Source of the DNA: Anaerolineales bacterium
Lineage (GTDB): Bacteria; Chloroflexota; Anaerolineae; Anaerolineales; Villigracilaceae
DNA: 64,000 bases
NCBI GenBank assembly: GCA_050305405.1
Contig: JBNLFG010000015.1
Location: 68,971 to 132,970 of the forward strand
Direction of reading: 5' to 3'
A program made the position numbers and the translations under genes. The notes beneath the pieces were generated by a model that did no database searches, had not been told where the DNA came from, and was given only the letters and a program-made list of their open reading frames with translations. Below, one piece after another: positions 49,052 to 57,833 of the stretch (the first letter of the stretch is position 1; each line of letters starts with the position of its first letter).

Positions 49052-49516
49052 TTACCCAAAAAGCTCTTTCACCTTCACCGTCCGAAAGTCAAAAATGCCT
49101 TTCAGACGGCGCCCCACCCAAAGCGCGTGGACAATGTCTCCGAGAAAACCGAAAGGTAACTCGTAAGTGATTTGGTCAGTAATCTGTGTGCCGCCCTCCA
49201 CCGCTTCAAAACGATGTTCGTGATACCAGAAGCGATAAGGGCCGATCCGCTGCTCATCGACGAAATAGGCCTTCTCTTCAACATGCGCGATCTCGGTCAG
49301 CCAGCGTGATTTAACGAGCGGCATGAACTGCACGCGATATTCGATCAGCTGTCCCTGAAACATCTTGCCTTCCCCGCCGTGAATAATCTCAAATTGCATA
49401 TCGTCAGGGGTCATCTCGTTCAGGTTTTGGGGTGTGGCGAAGTATGCCCAAACATCAGCGAGTGGAGCGGGGACGGTTTGTTGACGGATTAGACGCTGGA
49501 TCATTGCATACTCCAA
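49052..49516 (-). CDS. SRPBCC-superfamily protein (paralog)
   Basis: FWYHEHRFE motif. Confidence 0.6.
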   Translation of the reverse strand: MEYAMIQRLIRQQTVPAPLADVWAYFATPQNLNEMTPDDMQFEIIHGGEGKMFQGQLIEYRVQFMPLVKSRWLTEIAHVEEKAYFVDEQRIGPYRFWYHEHRFEAVEGGTQITDQITYELPFGFLGDIVHALWVGRRLKGIFDFRTVKVKELFG

Positions 49517-50145
49517 GAAAAGACTAGCGCAGCGGGAATATTCGAATACTCTTTATCTTCCATCCAATAGCCCATCTCACCAAGAAAAGTTGTTTCTCTT
49601 CGCTGGTCAGGGCTAAGTCTGTCGAATAACGAAATCACCTTGTGGAGCTCGGTTTTAACCGGAGGCTTACGCAAAATTTCGACGAGCTTTTCTGCCAATC
49701 CCTCGAAACTGAACTGCTCCATATTTTTCTCCAATTCCCGAAGAGTTTCTTCACCACGCACCAAAACCGAGTAACGATGATGCTGCCAAAGCTCTTGCTT
49801 ATTACGGGGAAGGGGAATACGCCCTTGTTGTTTACCGTCGTATTTAGCGCCTAGCAGAGAAATTTGTTTAGCCGGAGCGTCAAGAAAAAGCGGGAAATCT
49901 GTTGTATCATGAATAACGGGCAGAGGAGAATGATGTTGATAGCCACGTAACTTCATCTCTAAAACAAGTAGTTCATGACGGAAAGCCAACGCACCAAGTG
50001 TATTCGCCCAACGCATCGTTTCAGGATGCCGTGAATAGCCTTTCTTCTGATTGATGTGAATAGAGATCAGGCCGTGCAATTCACGATGTTCGCCCAAAAG
50101 GCTGGTACGGCTTAAATAACCCGGCGAAATATCCCAAATCCGCAT
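49501..50145 (-). CDS. Pyrimidine dimer DNA glycosylase / UV endonuclease (T4 endonuclease V family)
   Basis: N-terminal MRIWDISPGYL...EHRELHG matches the DenV-like LxxxHLxxEYREL block. Confidence 0.7.
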   Translation of the reverse strand: MRIWDISPGYLSRTSLLGEHRELHGLISIHINQKKGYSRHPETMRWANTLGALAFRHELLVLEMKLRGYQHHSPLPVIHDTTDFPLFLDAPAKQISLLGAKYDGKQQGRIPLPRNKQELWQHHRYSVLVRGEETLRELEKNMEQFSFEGLAEKLVEILRKPPVKTELHKVISLFDRLSPDQRRETTFLGEMGYWMEDKEYSNIPAALVFSWSMQ

Positions 50146-50147
50146 CG

Positions 50148-50987
50148 TTATTTCTCTTTCGCAATCCCGGCAAAGCCGAGCGCGCCAATGCCCAGATTTG
50201 TTCCCAAAACGGGCGTAATCTGCTGAATGATGATCTCGCTTTCAGGCAAATATTTGCGGGCTTGCTCACGCAATTCTTCAGCGCGTTCCTGCACGCCCGC
50301 ATGGACGACGGCCAACTGCTCAAAGGGACCATATTCATCCAGCCAAGTGAAGAGGCGATTGATCGCATTTTGCCTGGTGCGCACACGGTGAGCATCCGGT
50401 TTGCCATTATTCATAAAGACAAGCGGCTTCAGGCGCAACAACTCACCAAAACGTGCCACAGCGATATGCATTCGTCCGCTGCGGCGCAGATATTCGAGTG
50501 TATCCAGCGCAGCAAAAACATAGGCACGCGGCATCATCGCATTCAGCTTTTCTACGATCTCTTCAAGTTTTGCCCCAAGTTTCGCCATATGTGCAGCATG
50601 TCGAACCAGAAAGCCCATACCCAGGCTAAGCTGCGTTGAATCCAGCACGGTGACGGGAATTCGGGTAAATTCTTTCGCCGCCAAACGTGCCGAGTTGATG
50701 GTTGCGCTCAATGACTCTGAGATGTGGATCGAGAGAATTGCCTGCGCACCCTGCTCCGCGAGCGCTTCAAAACGCTCGGCGAAAACTTCCGGTCCCGGTG
50801 CAGCCGTGCTGGGAGATGGGTCATAATCCGGTAGGCGGCGGTAAAACTCTGCTTTGGTGATACTCACACCATCCACAAAGGTCTCGCTGCCCATATTGAT
50901 ATGCAACGGGATAACTTCGATGCCATATTCTGCGATGGTCTCAGCAGGCAGGTCACAGGTACTGTCAGTTACGATACGAATACTCAT
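50148..50987 (-). CDS. DegV family fatty-acid-binding protein
   Basis: N-terminal IVTDSTCDLP motif and DegV fold length. Confidence 0.8.
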   Translation of the reverse strand: MSIRIVTDSTCDLPAETIAEYGIEVIPLHINMGSETFVDGVSITKAEFYRRLPDYDPSPSTAAPGPEVFAERFEALAEQGAQAILSIHISESLSATINSARLAAKEFTRIPVTVLDSTQLSLGMGFLVRHAAHMAKLGAKLEEIVEKLNAMMPRAYVFAALDTLEYLRRSGRMHIAVARFGELLRLKPLVFMNNGKPDAHRVRTRQNAINRLFTWLDEYGPFEQLAVVHAGVQERAEELREQARKYLPESEIIIQQITPVLGTNLGIGALGFAGIAKEK

Positions 50988-50996
50988 ATTTTCCTC

Positions 50997-51929
50997 CTAA
51001 AGCAGGTCAGCAAGGGCGGTTTCAAAATCATCGAATCGGAAGTGAAAACCTTCCAATCGCAAATTATCGGGGACAGCACGCTGCCCATCGAGGACAAGCG
51101 TGGATTTCTCGCCCAGCGCCAATTTCAGGATGAAAGCTGGAGTCGGGATAAAGCTCGGACGGCGCAAGAGACGCCCGGCGATTTTGGCTAGTTCCCGCTG
51201 CTTGAGCGGATTCGAGGCCGTTAGGTTATAGGCGCCACGCGCATCTTCGTTATTCAGGAGGAAGCGAATAGCATTCACCTCATCTTCGATATGGATCCAC
51301 GGCACAACCTGCTCGCCACTACCCAAATTGCCGCCTGCAAAAAGACGGAAGGGCAGCAACATGATCGGCAGGATACCGCCTTTCGGCGCAAGCACCAACC
51401 CTGTGCGGATGACCGCACGCCGCACACCCAACGCACCGAGTTTAGCCGTCGAGTCTTCCCAGATGCGGCAGGTCTCAGCGAGAAAATCTTCGCCTGCTGC
51501 GCTGTTTTCGGGGACTTCCTCGTCGCCACGGGGACCGTAATAGCCCACCGCCGATGCCTGAATAAAGACCTGCGGCCTCTTCTCCGAATTTTCGATAGCG
51601 GAAACAAGTGCATTCCCCGCGTCCATGCGGCTTTGCCGGATGCGGGTTTTGGATGCGGCATTCCAGCGTTTGGTCAGAATGTCGAACAGGGATTCACCTG
51701 CGATGCTTTCGCCCGCGAGATTGATAACCGCGTCCATCGTGGGGATTAAGTGAGACCACCCCTCGGGGCTGCGCCCATCCCATTGAAACGGAAGCACGCC
51801 GGAAGGGAGCGTGTCCCGTGCTTTGTCAACATTCCGCGTCAGGACGCTAATCTCATGTCCATCTGCGAGGAGCGCATCAATCAACGCGCGTCCGATCAAG
51901 CCGGTACCACCAGTCATTAATATTTTCAT
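50997..51929 (-). CDS. TIGR01777-family NAD-dependent epimerase-like protein (SDR39U1/YfcH)
   Basis: ILMTGGTGLIGRAL Rossmann motif. C-terminal DUF1731-like tail. Confidence 0.75.
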   Translation of the reverse strand: MKILMTGGTGLIGRALIDALLADGHEISVLTRNVDKARDTLPSGVLPFQWDGRSPEGWSHLIPTMDAVINLAGESIAGESLFDILTKRWNAASKTRIRQSRMDAGNALVSAIENSEKRPQVFIQASAVGYYGPRGDEEVPENSAAGEDFLAETCRIWEDSTAKLGALGVRRAVIRTGLVLAPKGGILPIMLLPFRLFAGGNLGSGEQVVPWIHIEDEVNAIRFLLNNEDARGAYNLTASNPLKQRELAKIAGRLLRRPSFIPTPAFILKLALGEKSTLVLDGQRAVPDNLRLEGFHFRFDDFETALADLL

Positions 51930-51946
51930 TTTCTTATCCTATAAAA

Positions 51947-51975
51947 TAAAACGCCCGCATCTGCTAGGCGTTCGC
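51947..51975 (-). terminator. Intrinsic terminator/attenuator spanning the stop codon of the MerR-B12 gene
   Basis: mRNA hairpin GAACGCC-UAGCAGAUGCG-GGCGUUU followed by UUUAUUUUAU. Confidence 0.5.
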
Positions 51976-53256
51976 GTAAATTTCACTTTGTGTTTCAAGC
52001 CACTCAACCAAGGGCGCTGAGATTTCTCCCAGTATTTCGTAGCTCGCTTTGGCATAAACATCCAGAAAATTCTCAACCTGTATGATCTTGATATCACGGT
52101 GATTCAGCAAATCTTTTACCCAAGCTAATTCGGGCAGAAGGAGATCAAGATTGCCGAGATAAAGAGCGGCAGCGATATTTTCACTGAGCGCTTCGGTAGC
52201 GACGGTGAGGGCTTGCAGCGGGAAATCCCACTGCGCAAGGGTTTCATTGAGAAGGGCATGAATACCCGCTCGATTGCGGTGAAAGGCATCCAGCAACGCC
52301 TGATGGGGATTCTCTGGAAAAAGATACTCTTCTGCTTTATGTGCTAAGAGGGTTTCGATACTGGCAAGAATTTCAGGAAAACCCATCCCCAGAAAATGCC
52401 CGTGAACACGCTCCTGCGTAGCAGGCGTGCTGTGAAAAATGCGTCCGCTGTAGCCAATCGTCACACCGCAGGGAGCAAGTTCACGCACGGTTTGCTCAAG
52501 CGTGGCTGCGCTGGAAAGCTGTTGGGCAGAGAAAAGCACGAGTTGGGGCTGAATGGAATCGACCGTTTCTCTGAACTCTTCCAGAGGGACGTTGGTGCCA
52601 AGGTAGACCACATGATAGCCACGCCGTCGTAGGAAGAGGGTCAGCATGAGCGATGAAAGGGTATGCTCTTCTTTGGGGGGACAAGCCACAATAATCTTTT
52701 CAGGTCGGGTTGGCACAGGGGCAGAGGTAATGAGCGCATTCAAACGACGCATAAGGAGTGCCGAGGCAAAATGTTCCTGCTGAACAGAGACTTTTCCCTG
52801 ATACCAAAGCTCACCGATCTCGCGAATTGCTGGAACAAATATCTCTGTAAAGGCAACTTCCGGCGAGAAGCGCGAAAAGACCTGGCTGGCAACTTGCTCG
52901 GCTCTTACATCATTAAAAGCAATACAGGCAGCAATCCAATTGCTGCGAAAACTTTCCAATTGTGAGTGATCTGCACTTATCAAGACAGGTTGAGTGCCTT
53001 CACTAAGTGGGTCTTCCCCAGCAACAACCCTGCTCTGCCAGAGCTTGACCGCCTGCCCAATGCGCATACCGCGCGTCTGTTGACGCATCAGCCATTTGAT
53101 AACTTCCACATCATGTTCGGAGTAGAGGCGATGGCCTCCTTCAGTGCGTTCAGGTTGGGGCAGGTTATAGCGCCGCTCCCAGGCACGCAAAGTATCGGCG
53201 TTGATGCCTGTTTCGCGTAAAACGGTACCGAGATTGTAGGTTGCAAGTTGATTCAT
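51964..53256 (-). CDS. MerR-family regulator with a cobalamin-binding photoreceptor module (CarH/LitR-like) plus a roughly 150-aa C-terminal extension
   Basis: N-terminal MerR HTH. Wx9EH motif (WYQGKVSVQQEH). B12 Rossmann domain with an E-x-H-x-x-S lower-ligand motif and VVYLGTNVP. Confidence 0.75.
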   Translation of the reverse strand: MNQLATYNLGTVLRETGINADTLRAWERRYNLPQPERTEGGHRLYSEHDVEVIKWLMRQQTRGMRIGQAVKLWQSRVVAGEDPLSEGTQPVLISADHSQLESFRSNWIAACIAFNDVRAEQVASQVFSRFSPEVAFTEIFVPAIREIGELWYQGKVSVQQEHFASALLMRRLNALITSAPVPTRPEKIIVACPPKEEHTLSSLMLTLFLRRRGYHVVYLGTNVPLEEFRETVDSIQPQLVLFSAQQLSSAATLEQTVRELAPCGVTIGYSGRIFHSTPATQERVHGHFLGMGFPEILASIETLLAHKAEEYLFPENPHQALLDAFHRNRAGIHALLNETLAQWDFPLQALTVATEALSENIAAALYLGNLDLLLPELAWVKDLLNHRDIKIIQVENFLDVYAKASYEILGEISAPLVEWLETQSEIYANA

Positions 53257-53286
53257 TCTGAAGAAATCCTTTGTTGAAGTATACAC

Positions 53287-53373
53287 ATAATAGCATTACA
53301 GAACAAACTTGTCAAGTATTTGCACAGAATACATGTGCAAATACTTGACAAAACAAAATTAACCATGTATATT
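53287..53373. promoter_or_regulatory. Divergent sigma-70 promoters (TTGACA-17-TATTAT leftward, TTGACA-17-TATATT rightward). Both -35 boxes lie inside a perfect 18-7-18 palindromic operator (53309..53351).
   Basis: TTGTCAAGTATTTGCACA gaataca TGTGCAAATACTTGACAA, read directly from the sequence. Confidence 0.65.
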
Positions 53374-53413
53374 CACACCATATTGGTCAACTTTAACCAA
53401 AAAGGAACAGTTT

Positions 53414-54562
53414 ATGTCAGCTTATCTTAGTCTCAAAGAAATTTGGCGCAACAAAGGGCGCTTCTTCCTCTTCAGTCTCGTCATTGCCTTGATCGCTATT
53501 TTAGTGCTCTTCACTGCGGGTCTTGGCGAGGGGCTCGCCTCCGCGAATAAGGAATATCTCGAAAAACTGGATGCAGAACTACTCGTTTTTCAGGAAGGCT
53601 CCAGCTATTCCACCATTGAAAGCCGTCTGGATTACCAGAAAGTCAAGCGGATCAACCGCGTAGACGGGATCGCAGATGCCGGAGCGATCGGTTTCTCGAA
53701 CGCCGAAATCGTCCTCGGCGAGGGGCTTGATCCCATTGATATATCTTTTATCGGTATCGAACCCGGGAAGCCGGGACTCCCCGCCCCCATTCTCGGTGAA
53801 ACGATCCGCTCCCGTCAGGCAAAAGTCATCATGGTCGACGAAAGAATCGCGAAAGCTGCCAACATCAGCGTCGGGGACTATATCACCATCAAATCCACGC
53901 AGGGTACTGACGATAAATACTTCGACTTACGCGTGGTCGGCATCACCAGCGGACAGCAGTACTTCTTTCAACCTTCAGCTTTCGTCTCGCTCTCAATTTG
54001 GGATAAATACCGTCCCAAAGCAGACCCCAATATTTCATCATCCCGCCCGGTCACCAATATCGTCGCCGTGCGGCTGGAAAACCCCGAAGCCATGGAAGAA
54101 ATGGGCGCGCGCATCGCATCCGCCGTTACCGACGTGGAAACATCTGACATCAAAACCGCCTACGAGTCCTCACCCGGCTACTCCGCCCAACAAAGCACGT
54201 TGAACACGATCAAAGGCTTCACCTTCCTGATCGGCACATTGGTTATCGGTGGCTTCTTCCAAATTCAGACCCTGCAAAAAGTGCCCCAGATCGGCATGTT
54301 GAAAGCCATCGGCACCCCTAATTTCACCGTCGCAACTGCCGCCATCATGCAAATCATCTTCGTGACCGTCTTCGGGGTCGGTTTTGGCGGGCTGGTCGTG
54401 CTCGGACTTGCCTTGGGATTGCCTTCAAGCGTCCCAATTCTATTCACAGGCACATCCATTGCCATCGCCACGGTCTCCCTACTGCTCATTGGCCCGATTG
54501 GCGGCATGGTGTCCATTCGTCTCGCACTCAAAGTTGAACCGCTACGCGCCTTAGGCATGTAG
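53414..54562 (+). CDS. MacB/FtsX-type ABC permease with a periplasmic domain
   Basis: N-terminal TM, a roughly 220-aa periplasmic domain, then a C-terminal FtsX 3-TM bundle. Confidence 0.75.
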   Translation: MSAYLSLKEIWRNKGRFFLFSLVIALIAILVLFTAGLGEGLASANKEYLEKLDAELLVFQEGSSYSTIESRLDYQKVKRINRVDGIADAGAIGFSNAEIVLGEGLDPIDISFIGIEPGKPGLPAPILGETIRSRQAKVIMVDERIAKAANISVGDYITIKSTQGTDDKYFDLRVVGITSGQQYFFQPSAFVSLSIWDKYRPKADPNISSSRPVTNIVAVRLENPEAMEEMGARIASAVTDVETSDIKTAYESSPGYSAQQSTLNTIKGFTFLIGTLVIGGFFQIQTLQKVPQIGMLKAIGTPNFTVATAAIMQIIFVTVFGVGFGGLVVLGLALGLPSSVPILFTGTSIAIATVSLLLIGPIGGMVSIRLALKVEPLRALGM

Positions 54563-54571
54563 GAGAAAACC

Positions 54572-55399
54572 ATGAACAACAAATATATTCTCGAAACCAA
54601 AGATGTTACAAAAATTTACGACGGCAACGGCTTGATTGTCAAAGCTGTCGATGAAGTCTCTTTACATGTCAAAGCAGGCGAATTTGTTGGGCTGGTCGGC
54701 CCCAGCGGATCAGGCAAAACGACCATGCTAGCCATGCTCGCCACCCTGCTGCGTGAAAGCAAAGGCAGCCTGATGATCGACGGACAGGATTTGGGCGCAA
54801 TGAGCGACAAAGAGCGCACCAAATTCCGCCGCGAGCGCATCGGCTTTACCTTTCAATCGAATAACCTCGTCCCCTATCTGACTGCGCTCGAAAACGTCGA
54901 ATTGATGCTGCGCCTAAACAAGAAAAGCGGACGTCAGAGCCGAGAGCAGGCCGCCGCCCTACTTACCCGACTGGGATTGGAAGATCGTCTCGACAGCCTG
55001 CCTTCCCAGCTATCTGGCGGACAGCAACAGCGTGTGGCGATTGCCCGCTCGCTCATCCATGACCCGAGCGTGGTGCTCGCCGATGAGCCGACAGCCAGTC
55101 TTGACACGGAACGCGCCAATCAGGTCGTCGGCATCTTTGCTGACCTGATCCACGAAGGCAACCGCGCTGGCATCATGGTCACCCACGACCTGCGCATGTG
55201 CAAATACGTCGACAAAGTCGTCCAGATGGTCGATGGCAAAATCGCCCACATCATCACCGAACGCGCCGAGATCAATGCTCTTGCCAATAACAGCGAATTT
55301 GAAAGAATACCCGAAGTCATAAGCGTGCCGGAGCCGATCTTGCTTCGCAAGCCAAGCTTGCATCAAACCGATCTGGCTGCCATGCCTTCCGGAAACTAA
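54572..55399 (+). CDS. ABC ATP-binding protein (MacB/LolD-type)
   Basis: GPSGSGKTT Walker [14 protein letters not shown] signature. Confidence 0.85.
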   Translation: MNNKYILETKDVTKIYDGNGLIVKAVDEVSLHVKAGEFVGLVGPSGSGKTTMLAMLATLLRESKGSLMIDGQDLGAMSDKERTKFRRERIGFTFQSNNLVPYLTALENVELMLRLNKKSGRQSREQAAALLTRLGLEDRLDSLPSQLSGGQQQRVAIARSLIHDPSVVLADEPTASLDTERANQVVGIFADLIHEGNRAGIMVTHDLRMCKYVDKVVQMVDGKIAHIITERAEINALANNSEFERIPEVISVPEPILLRKPSLHQTDLAAMPSGN

Positions 55400-55475
55400 C
55401 CCGAAAACAGTATAGGGATGGTCGAAGAAGATCATTCCCATCTAAACAAACAGCCCCATACTCAGGAGAACTCTG

Positions 55476-56531
55476 ATGAAACGAACATTCATTTTCACCC
55501 TACTTATTCTTTCCGCTTTTGCTGTGAGCGCCTGCGGTGGCGCAGCAACGGTTGAAGCCGCTGCCGACGCAAGCACAGCCAATCTTACCGAGAACGCCAT
55601 CATTGCCGAAGGACGTTTGGAACCGGTCGAATTTGCCCAGTTGGCATTCTCTAGCAGCGGCGTTGTTGAAGAAGTATTGATCACTGAAGGCCAGACTATC
55701 GCTGCCGGAGATCTAATCGCGCGGCTCCAAAACACCGATGTTTTGGTCGCTGATATCGAGAACGCGAACGCGGAACTCGAAAATGCCGAAACCGCCCTGA
55801 TAAACGAATTATCTGAAGCTTACAAGGAATACCGCTCTGCACAAGAGCAAGTGGATACCTTCTTCGTTTCAGCACGTTTCGCTGGCATGACCCCAACCGA
55901 AGCCGCAGTTGCAATGCTCGATGAAGTGAACAAAGCTCGTGCCAACTACGAGCCTTATTTCGGCACAGAAAAGCCACGCGGATTTGTAAAGGGCCTGAAA
56001 GAAGCCCTTGATGATAGCTGGGCATATTACAACCATGCCCTCGAATGGGTAAACCGTGAAGCGCGCTTCAATGCTGCCCAAGTCCGGTTGGCACAGGCAC
56101 AACAAAATTTGGCAGATTTTCGGTCCGGGCAGAATATCGTTGTCCAGCGCGAACTTTTGGCGGCACAAAATGCGCTGGAAAGCGCGGAACTGCGCACCCC
56201 ATTCAACGGAACGGTAGCAGACCTGAACGTCAAAGCGGGCGAAGCGGTTGGCGCAGGCAGTGCGGCAGTCATCATTGCAGATTTCTCCAACTGGATCATC
56301 AAAACCACCGATCTATCTGAACTGGATGTTGTCAACATCCGCGAAGGGCAGAGCGTCGTCGTCACGCTTGATGCGCTTCCGAATATAGCCCTGGCCGGCA
56401 CCGTTGAAGCGATCGGCACAACCTTCAGCAACGCACAGGGTGACGTGACCTATGAGGTCATCATCAGCCTGCAAGAGAGCAATCCTGCAATGCGTTGGGG
56501 CATGACGGCACTGGTTGAATTTGATGAATAA
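55476..56531 (+). CDS. HlyD/MFP-family periplasmic adaptor lipoprotein
   Basis: Lipobox VSAC. Coiled-coil hairpin and beta-barrel regions. Confidence 0.75.
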   Translation: MKRTFIFTLLILSAFAVSACGGAATVEAAADASTANLTENAIIAEGRLEPVEFAQLAFSSSGVVEEVLITEGQTIAAGDLIARLQNTDVLVADIENANAELENAETALINELSEAYKEYRSAQEQVDTFFVSARFAGMTPTEAAVAMLDEVNKARANYEPYFGTEKPRGFVKGLKEALDDSWAYYNHALEWVNREARFNAAQVRLAQAQQNLADFRSGQNIVVQRELLAAQNALESAELRTPFNGTVADLNVKAGEAVGAGSAAVIIADFSNWIIKTTDLSELDVVNIREGQSVVVTLDALPNIALAGTVEAIGTTFSNAQGDVTYEVIISLQESNPAMRWGMTALVEFDE

Positions 56532-56599
56532 GAATATTTAAGATAAAATTGGTAAGAATTAGAAATATTCTCTCATCTAAAGCAGTAAGGAGAAACACA

Positions 56600-57217
56600 A
56601 TGAAAAAACTCAACCTGGAAAAGCTGGTTTGCACCCGTATCCCGACAGAAGAGGGTTCGTTCCAGCTTTGCCTGTACGATAACGATAACGACCACAAGGA
56701 ACATATGGCGCTGGTCTTTGGCGATGTGCGCGGCAAGGATGTGCTCGTGCGCGTCCACTCGGAATGCTTTACCGGCGATGTACTCGGTTCGCAGCGCTGT
56801 GATTGTGGGCCACAATTGCATTATGCAATGGATGCTGTCGCCAACGAAGGGCGCGGCATCGTGCTCTATCTGCGACAGGAAGGTCGCGGCATCGGATTGG
56901 CAGAAAAGCTGCGCGCCTACAATTTGCAGGATGAGGGCTTGGACACAGTGGATGCGAATTTGGCATTGGGTCACCAAGCCGACGAACGCGAATATGATAT
57001 TGCCGTAGCAATGCTTAAGGATTTGGGCGTCGAATCGGTACGCCTGTTGACCAATAACCCCGCCAAAATCGAATCGCTCACCGCCCTGGGTATGCCCGTG
57101 GACGAACGTGTCCCGATCCTGATCCAGCCCAACGATGAGAATATCCACTACCTGGCAACCAAAGCCGAACGAATGCGGCATCTCTTCGCCTTTGATCGGG
57201 TGCCTGTCAGAATTTAG
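56600..57217 (+). CDS. ribA: GTP cyclohydrolase II
   Basis: RVHSECFTGDVLGSQRCDCG zinc/catalytic motif. Confidence 0.85.
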   Translation: MKKLNLEKLVCTRIPTEEGSFQLCLYDNDNDHKEHMALVFGDVRGKDVLVRVHSECFTGDVLGSQRCDCGPQLHYAMDAVANEGRGIVLYLRQEGRGIGLAEKLRAYNLQDEGLDTVDANLALGHQADEREYDIAVAMLKDLGVESVRLLTNNPAKIESLTALGMPVDERVPILIQPNDENIHYLATKAERMRHLFAFDRVPVRI

Positions 57218-57223
57218 ACAGCA

Positions 57224-57253
57224 AAAAGCCGAGCGTAATGCTCGGCTTTTTTT
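57224..57253. terminator. Bidirectional intrinsic terminator
   Basis: AAAAGCCGAGC-gtaat-GCTCGGC followed by TTTTTTT. Confidence 0.7.
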
Positions 57254-57263
57254 GTTTAGCCTT

Positions 57264-57755
57264 TTACATCCCCTCCATCGGCTCCCAATACCCCAAGACC
57301 TGTCCTCTTGGCTCTGCCCACAGTTCTTCCCAAGCATCAATTTCAAAACCAAGATAAGCAGCCGCAGCCGGATTAAAGGGCTGGAAACGATCAGAGAAAA
57401 ACTCAAAGGCGCTCGAGATGGTCGGGTTATGACCAACGATCAGCGCGGTTTCGACATCGCCGGGCAAAGCAGAGAGCAGATCAACATAATCACGAATTTC
57501 GGCATTGTAGAGCGCATCGGAATAGAGCGGCTCAACAGCAGACGGGAGGTTTTCGAGCACCAGCGCCAAGGTCTCGCGCGTGCGCTGCGCGGCTGAACAG
57601 AAAATTGCGTCCAGAACAATTTCTTGAGATTGGAGTAATTTTCCCATCGCAGAAGCATCGCTACGACCACGCGCACTGAGTAAGCGTTGATGATCGAGTT
57701 TCCCCGCTTGATAGGGGCTTGAATGGGCGTGGCGCATTAAGATGAGTTTCTTCAT
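57264..57755 (-). CDS. sixA: SixA-type phosphohistidine phosphatase
   Basis: LILMRHAHS histidine-phosphatase motif. Roughly 160 aa. Confidence 0.75.
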   Translation of the reverse strand: MKKLILMRHAHSSPYQAGKLDHQRLLSARGRSDASAMGKLLQSQEIVLDAIFCSAAQRTRETLALVLENLPSAVEPLYSDALYNAEIRDYVDLLSALPGDVETALIVGHNPTISSAFEFFSDRFQPFNPAAAAYLGFEIDAWEELWAEPRGQVLGYWEPMEGM

Positions 57756-57833
57756 AGGCTCTCCTGCCTATTATTCTACTGTCTTTTTCTTCAGAGGAGT
57801 ATAATTTTCAGTACACTCAACCAAACCAAAGGA

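Noticed and set aside
53257-53286. An extended GTG start for the MerR-B12 gene (MYTSTKDFFR...).
   Set aside because: It leaves no room for the promoter/operator and has no RBS. The ATG at 53256 gives a canonical MerR N-terminus with an AAAGGA upstream.
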